Assembly (NCBI GenBank): GCA_040326155.1
Contig: JBEQLE010000103.1
Location: 1-11,199, forward strand
Source of the DNA: Leptospirales bacterium
Lineage (GTDB): Bacteria; Spirochaetota; Leptospiria; Turneriellales; JAOUFE01
Length of the DNA stretch: 11,199 nucleotides
Reading direction: 5' to 3'
Part shown: in pieces, positions 6,865 through 11,199 of the stretch
Layout of the letters: every line of letters begins with the position of its first letter
How positions within the stretch are numbered: position 1 is the stretch's first letter
Notes under the pieces: generated by a model
The model's input: only the letters and a program-made list of their open reading frames with translations
Database searches by the model: none
Told to the model about the DNA's origin: nothing
Translations under genes and position numbers: made by a program

Positions 6865-9542
6865 ATATCAGCAAAGACAGCCTCAAAGTAAAAACCAGTC
6901 TGAAACGTTCGAATATGTATTATACATACTATAGTCTGGAAAAAGCAGCGCTAGTTTACCCAGAACTAAAAAGACTTCCAAAAACGTTGAAAGTTCTGGC
7001 AGAGAATTTACTGCGCTTTGAAGACGGCAAAACAGTTTTTCCAGAAGATATCGTAGCTCTTTCGGACTGGGTAAAAAACAGAGGTCATGTGCAACATGAA
7101 ATTTCATTTCGGCCAGCCAGGGTTCTCATGCAAGACTTTACAGGAGTCCCGGCCTTAGTTGATTTTGCTGCCATGCGCAGCGCGATGAGCGTTTTAGGAA
7201 AAAATCCAGATCTGATTAATCCTGAAATACCGGCAGACCTGGTGATTGACCACTCTGTGTCCGTTGATTTTTACGCAACTTCAGATGCCTTGTCTAAAAA
7301 TGTGGAACTGGAATACCAGCGAAACCAGGAACGTTATGAACTACTAAGCTGGGGACAAAAATCATTTCAAAACTTTCACGTAGTACCGCCCGGCACCGGA
7401 ATTTGCCACCAGGTTAATCTGGAGTATCTAGGCAAAACCGTGTGGACGCAAAAAACAGACGGCGAAATGATTCTTATGCCAGATACATTAATTGGCACAG
7501 ATAGCCACACAACAATGATCAATGGTTTAGCAGTGCTAGGCTGGGGAGTCGGCGGAATAGAAGCCGAAGCAGCCATGTTGGGACAGCCCATCTCGTTAAG
7601 CATTCCCGAAGTGATCGGGTTTAAATTCACTGGTAAATTGAAGGAAGGAATTACAGCCACAGATTTAGTACTTACAGTTACTTCCATATTACGAAAAAAA
7701 GGGGTAGTCGGAAAATTCGTAGAATTTTTTGGTTCCGGGTTGAGTGAACTGTCTCTCGAAGACAGAGCAACCATCTCGAATATGGCTCCTGAATATGGAG
7801 CAACCTGTGGGTATTTTCCGGCTGATGTAGAAACCTTGAAATATCTAGACGCCACAGGAAGAACAAAAGATGAAATAGAATTAGTTGAGGTCTACTCGAA
7901 GCTTCAAGGATTATGGAGAAGCGATACTGACCCAGATCCGGTATTTACCGATATCGTGGAGCTGAATTTATCAGAAGTTGAGCCATCCATAGCCGGGCCA
8001 AAAAGACCGCAAGATCGTATTGTACTATCGCAGGCAGCCGAAAGCTTCCAACTCGCTTTTCCAAAAAAAATCACATCCGCGAAAAAAGCAGAGGTCGTAC
8101 TAAACGGTGAAAATGTGATCGTAGAAGATGGCGACGTCTTAATCGCTGCCATAACTTCTTGTACAAATACTTCGAATCCTTCGGTAATTATTGCAGCCGG
8201 ACTGCTTGCTCAAAATGCCGTAAACAGAGGACTAAAAGTTGGTCCAAAAGTAAAAACATCACTTGCTCCGGGTTCCCAGGTTGTGGCAGAATATTTAGAA
8301 AACGCCGGGTTGCAAAAATTCCTGAATGAGTTAGGTTTTTACATTGCCGGTTTTGGGTGCACCACTTGTATCGGAAATTCAGGCCCGTTAGCCGAACCCT
8401 TGAGCCGGGCCATTCAAGAAAACAATCTGGCCGTTGCTTCTGTGTTATCGGGCAACCGAAATTTTGAAGGGCGAATTCACTCTCAAATAAAAGCCAGTTA
8501 TCTGGCATCCCCTCCACTTGTGGTTGCCTATGCTCTGGCTGGTTCCCTGAAAATTGATATTACAAAAGATGCACTTGGTAAAGACAAAGATGGCAACCCG
8601 GTATATTTATCAGATATATGGCCGAAAAAAGAAGACATAACAAAAGTAATTCGAAATGTTATTCACAAAGATTTATTTAAAAATAAATACTCTTCCGTAT
8701 TTCAAGGAGACGAGAAATGGCAAAAGATCTCTTCGGGTGAAAGTAAAACATATGGCTGGAACAACTCTTCTACATATATACAAGAGCCTCCCTATTTTAT
8801 CAATATGAATATGAAACCATCGCCGGTAGAAAGTATAAAAAACGGTGGCATTCTGGGAATTTTCGGAGACTCCGTAACAACAGATCATATCAGTCCGGCA
8901 GGATCCATACCAAAAGATGGAGCGGCAGGCAGGTACTTAATCGATCATAAAATTCAACCAGTTGACTTCAACTCTTTCGGCTCTAGAAGGGGAAATCATG
9001 AAGTGATGATACGGGGAACATTTGCCAACATCCGAATTCAAAATGAGATGGTGGATAAAACCGGTGGTTATACGATACACTACCCTTCGAAAGAAAACAT
9101 GTCGATCTATGACGCCGCCATGAAATACGCCAAGGAGAAAAGGCCATTAGTTGTTTTTGCCGGAAAAGAGTATGGTACAGGATCCAGCCGAGACTGGGCC
9201 GCCAAAGGTACAAAACTACTGGGTGTAAAAGCAGTAATTGCAGAAAGTTTCGAAAGAATTCACCGCTCTAATCTGTTGGGAATGGGAGTACTGCCTCTGT
9301 GTTTCGCTTCTGGAATTACCAGAAAGGATTTATGTCTAAAAGGAAATGAACAAGTAAATATCGAACTAAGCAACGCTATGAAGCCGGGAGCTATACTTAG
9401 CCTTGAAATTAAATACGAAAACGGCGTAACCAAAAAAATCGATGTACAAAGCCGAATCGATACAGCCATGGAGTTAGAGTATTTTCTTCATGATGGTATT
9501 TTACCATATGCTTTTCGCCAGATTGTGACGCAGGCGCTTTAG
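6861..9542 (+). CDS. acnA: Aconitate hydratase A
   Basis: RVLMQDFTGVP, DLVIDHSV, GICHQVNLE, GTDSHTTMINGL, 4Fe-4S ligands AAITSCTNTSNP and GFGCTTCIGNSG, SGNRNFEGR, TTDHISPAG and GSSRDWAAKG; 893 aa. ATGA overlap with lpdA. Confidence 0.97.
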   Translation: MNISKDSLKVKTSLKRSNMYYTYYSLEKAALVYPELKRLPKTLKVLAENLLRFEDGKTVFPEDIVALSDWVKNRGHVQHEISFRPARVLMQDFTGVPALVDFAAMRSAMSVLGKNPDLINPEIPADLVIDHSVSVDFYATSDALSKNVELEYQRNQERYELLSWGQKSFQNFHVVPPGTGICHQVNLEYLGKTVWTQKTDGEMILMPDTLIGTDSHTTMINGLAVLGWGVGGIEAEAAMLGQPISLSIPEVIGFKFTGKLKEGITATDLVLTVTSILRKKGVVGKFVEFFGSGLSELSLEDRATISNMAPEYGATCGYFPADVETLKYLDATGRTKDEIELVEVYSKLQGLWRSDTDPDPVFTDIVELNLSEVEPSIAGPKRPQDRIVLSQAAESFQLAFPKKITSAKKAEVVLNGENVIVEDGDVLIAAITSCTNTSNPSVIIAAGLLAQNAVNRGLKVGPKVKTSLAPGSQVVAEYLENAGLQKFLNELGFYIAGFGCTTCIGNSGPLAEPLSRAIQENNLAVASVLSGNRNFEGRIHSQIKASYLASPPLVVAYALAGSLKIDITKDALGKDKDGNPVYLSDIWPKKEDITKVIRNVIHKDLFKNKYSSVFQGDEKWQKISSGESKTYGWNNSSTYIQEPPYFINMNMKPSPVESIKNGGILGIFGDSVTTDHISPAGSIPKDGAAGRYLIDHKIQPVDFNSFGSRRGNHEVMIRGTFANIRIQNEMVDKTGGYTIHYPSKENMSIYDAAMKYAKEKRPLVVFAGKEYGTGSSRDWAAKGTKLLGVKAVIAESFERIHRSNLLGMGVLPLCFASGITRKDLCLKGNEQVNIELSNAMKPGAILSLEIKYENGVTKKIDVQSRIDTAMELEYFLHDGILPYAFRQIVTQAL

Positions 9543-9692
9543 CTGATCTCTGTCAAAAAGGTCATCACAATAGCGCACAACGCAAATTTCGATAATTTTT
9601 TATCAGAAACCTTCAGATTTTCTAAAAAAATGAACATCTAACAAAGCAAAATAATTAGAATCAAATGAAGAATTGTCTGAACGAATAAATTC

Positions 9693-9919
9693 TTGGTAAA
9701 AGGGTGGAGTTTTGTCGCAAACACGGTCTTGACACCCTGTATTTTTGAAAATGGAAAAGTCAGACCAGATAAATGCAATACCAGGGAAGAAATTTACAGT
9801 TTCGATATACATAAAATTCTTGTACAGAGCGGTTCAAGAATTACAATAGCACAAAAGTATTTACCGGCAATGATGAACGCTTAAAAAAGAAGCAGAAAAA
9901 GGATGAAAAAAATAAATGA
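9693..9919 (+). pseudogene. Possible frameshifted 3' remnant of a gene once coupled to the downstream lipoprotein
   Basis: The frame starting at 9815 reads NSCTERFKNYNSTKVFTGNDERLKKKQKKDEKNK and stops at TGA 9917-9919, an ATGA overlap with the lipoprotein start. One extra A in the run at 9813-9816 would join it to the 9693 frame (..IFENGKVRPDKCNTREEIYSFDIHK). No homology recognised. Confidence 0.3.
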
Positions 9920-10455
9920 CGACAAAAATACTTGCCATTTATGTATTAACGATAATAATTCCGGTGGTTTCTTGTGAAAAAGATATTAATAATACCAAAG
10001 TAAATACAGTTACGCTATCAGATTTTGAGACTGGTACCGGCATAGATACAAACGCCGGTCCAAGTAAACCATTTACTAATAAGATTATTCGTATTTTTCA
10101 AAACAAAGATAGAAAAGAGTTAAGTAAGTACCTGAAAGAAACGGTGGTCTTTACTTATATTGAGTATGATGATATGTCATTCACTAAAAATAATCAACAA
10201 TTTGAAGATTCTTTATTGGCAAATATACTTTTTGAAGATACATATTTCTTTCAAAAATACGAAGAAAAAATATGCTTTGCTACTGCATTTTCGAATGCAG
10301 CAAAAGATGTTGAAGATTATTACGACTTGCGAAAAAATGCAGAATTATCTCTATCTGAGATACGCGTTTTTTATGAAGGAAACTATTACATTATTCAAAT
10401 GGATTGCACTACTATAAATGATTGCAAAATTTACAGATTTGAATATAATTATTGA
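9916..10455 (+). CDS. Hypothetical lipoprotein (179 aa)
   Basis: Signal peptide II-like N-terminus MTTK-ILAIYVLTIIIP-VVS|C (Cys20), followed by a polar linker. Visibly more AT-rich than the metabolic genes. No family recognised. Confidence 0.75.
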   Translation: MTTKILAIYVLTIIIPVVSCEKDINNTKVNTVTLSDFETGTGIDTNAGPSKPFTNKIIRIFQNKDRKELSKYLKETVVFTYIEYDDMSFTKNNQQFEDSLLANILFEDTYFFQKYEEKICFATAFSNAAKDVEDYYDLRKNAELSLSEIRVFYEGNYYIIQMDCTTINDCKIYRFEYNY

Positions 10456-10552
10456 TAATAGGTTAGTCTAAATCAAATTACAAACCGTACCTGGAAATAC
10501 TCCGCTGTGTAATTACCCACCTAAAATACTTTTTTGAATACCCCAATAAGAT

Positions 10553-10659
10553 CGTATGGGGTAGCGTAGATTTTTTTTTGCTACCTGGCGCAAAAAAAAA
10601 TCGTAGCGAGGGGAAAGGGAAAATTCGTGCGGTGTTACAAACGCACTTTTCCCCTTTTT
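10553..10659 (+). repeat. Structured intergenic element, copy 2 (direct repeat of 46-107)
   Basis: CGTATGGGGT (10553-10562), AGGGGAAAGG (10609-10618) and CTTTTCCCC (10646-10654). Contains a perfect 13-bp inverted repeat GATTTTTTTTTGC (10569-10581)/GCAAAAAAAAATC (10590-10602) flanked by GTA on both sides, and an extra GTGCG/CGCAC stem (10627-10631/10642-10646). Confidence 0.75.
10610..10659 (+). terminator. Possible intrinsic terminator downstream of the lipoprotein gene
   Basis: GGGAAAA(10617-10623)..GTGCG-loop-CGCAC-TTTTCCC stem, or alternatively GGGGAAA(10610-10616)/TTTCCCC, followed by TTTTT (10655-10659). Confidence 0.5.
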
Positions 10660-10676
10660 AATTTATATTTATTCTC

Positions 10677-10705
10677 TTGACTTCGTATAGGTATATTAGC
10701 ATCAT
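10677..10705 (+). promoter_or_regulatory. Candidate sigma70-type promoter for the 10727 ORF
   Basis: TTGACT (10677-10682), 17-nt spacer, CATCAT (10700-10705), with an AT-rich stretch upstream. SD-like GGCGGT at 10713-10718. Confidence 0.35.
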
Positions 10706-10726
10706 TGGTAATGGCGGTAATCAATC

Positions 10727-11199
10727 ATGGCTGATGGTTTTCTTAAGATCTTTGAAGATCAGGATTTTTTTGAAGACTTGACGACCCGGCATACCAAGTT
10801 TCAGCTTGAGAATTTTGTAATCGGGCAAGACCAGGGTGTTACAACATGGGGTAGATACAAACAGGTTTTACGCGAGTTAAACACCCGTGTGCGTAACTTA
10901 AAAGAGAGTCGTTACCGAATTAAGAAACTCGACATTAAGATTCGAAAACTCGAAAAACAATTAAGCGAAACCACCGATAAACTGGACAAAGAAGATATTC
11001 TGCTCGATATTGAGAACGAAAAATATAATGCAGGGTTGATGAATCGCGATGAAGAAGAAGTTATTCGTGAAGGCGAGGTTTTAAATAATGCTTATTTACA
11101 CCTGAAGAATGAAGTCAATAAAGAACTAACCGATAAAACAAAAGACCAACTTGAAGAAGAATACTGGGTAGAAAAATTGAAACAAGATTTACAAAATTC
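10727..11199 (+). CDS. Hypothetical coiled-coil protein, phage-like; runs off the window end and is absent from the ORF track
   Basis: My translation from ATG 10727 has 157 codons with no stop: MADGFLKIFEDQDFFEDLTTRHTKFQLENFVIGQDQGVTTWGRYKQVLRELNTRVRNLKESRYRIKKLDIKIRKLEKQLSETTDKLDKEDILLDIENEKYNAGLMNRDEEEVIREGEVLNNAYLHLKNEVNKELTDKTKDQLEEEYWVEKLKQDLQN. It has heptad-like charged helices and an SD-like site upstream. Confidence 0.85.
   Translation, partial: MADGFLKIFEDQDFFEDLTTRHTKFQLENFVIGQDQGVTTWGRYKQVLRELNTRVRNLKESRYRIKKLDIKIRKLEKQLSETTDKLDKEDILLDIENEKYNAGLMNRDEEEVIREGEVLNNAYLHLKNEVNKELTDKTKDQLEEEYWVEKLKQDLQN

Noticed and set aside
6003..9469. Multiple short - strand ORFs inside lpdA and acnA
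   Set aside because: They are antisense shadows of strongly conserved genes with no independent support.
9587..9609. Imperfect hairpin TTTCGATAA-TTTT-TTATCAGAAA after acnA
   Set aside because: The stem is AT-rich and bulged and has no following U-tract, too weak to call a terminator.
9573..9645. attC-like half sites (GCACAAC, ATCTAAC) after acnA, and GTATAAC at the window start
   Set aside because: I found no complementary GTT core at a suitable distance and no integrase, so an integron cassette is not supported.
10160..10417. 85-aa alternative-frame ORF inside the lipoprotein gene
   Set aside because: It is nested out of frame in an AT-rich gene and has no RBS or motif.
46..10659. CRISPR array, tRNA or IS with terminal inverted repeats as an explanation for the repeats
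   Set aside because: There are only two direct copies 10.5 kb apart, with no spacer periodicity, cloverleaf, cas gene or transposase in the window.

Overview
Bacterial window with two parts. Bases 122-9542 are a compact central-metabolism block: fumC on the - strand, divergent from a translationally coupled aceE-aceF-lpdA-acnA operon (homodimeric-E1 pyruvate dehydrogenase complex plus aconitase A). Bases ~9550-11199 look accessory: a probable broken gene remnant, an AT-rich orphan lipoprotein, a structured intergenic element, and an ORF missed by the track (10727 to beyond the window end) encoding a coiled-coil protein that resembles uncharacterised phage proteins. The most notable unexplained signal is a non-coding element present twice in direct orientation, at 46-107 and 10553-10659. 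The copies share three fixed sequence boxes and the same hairpin architecture (stem, GTA/GYA internal loop, stem, then a GGGGAAA/TTTCCCC stem), although the stem sequences differ. Together they bracket the whole metabolic block and the lipoprotein. AceE also appears to lack the N-terminal E2-docking segment. Protein family calls come from recognising motifs by eye; no searches were run.
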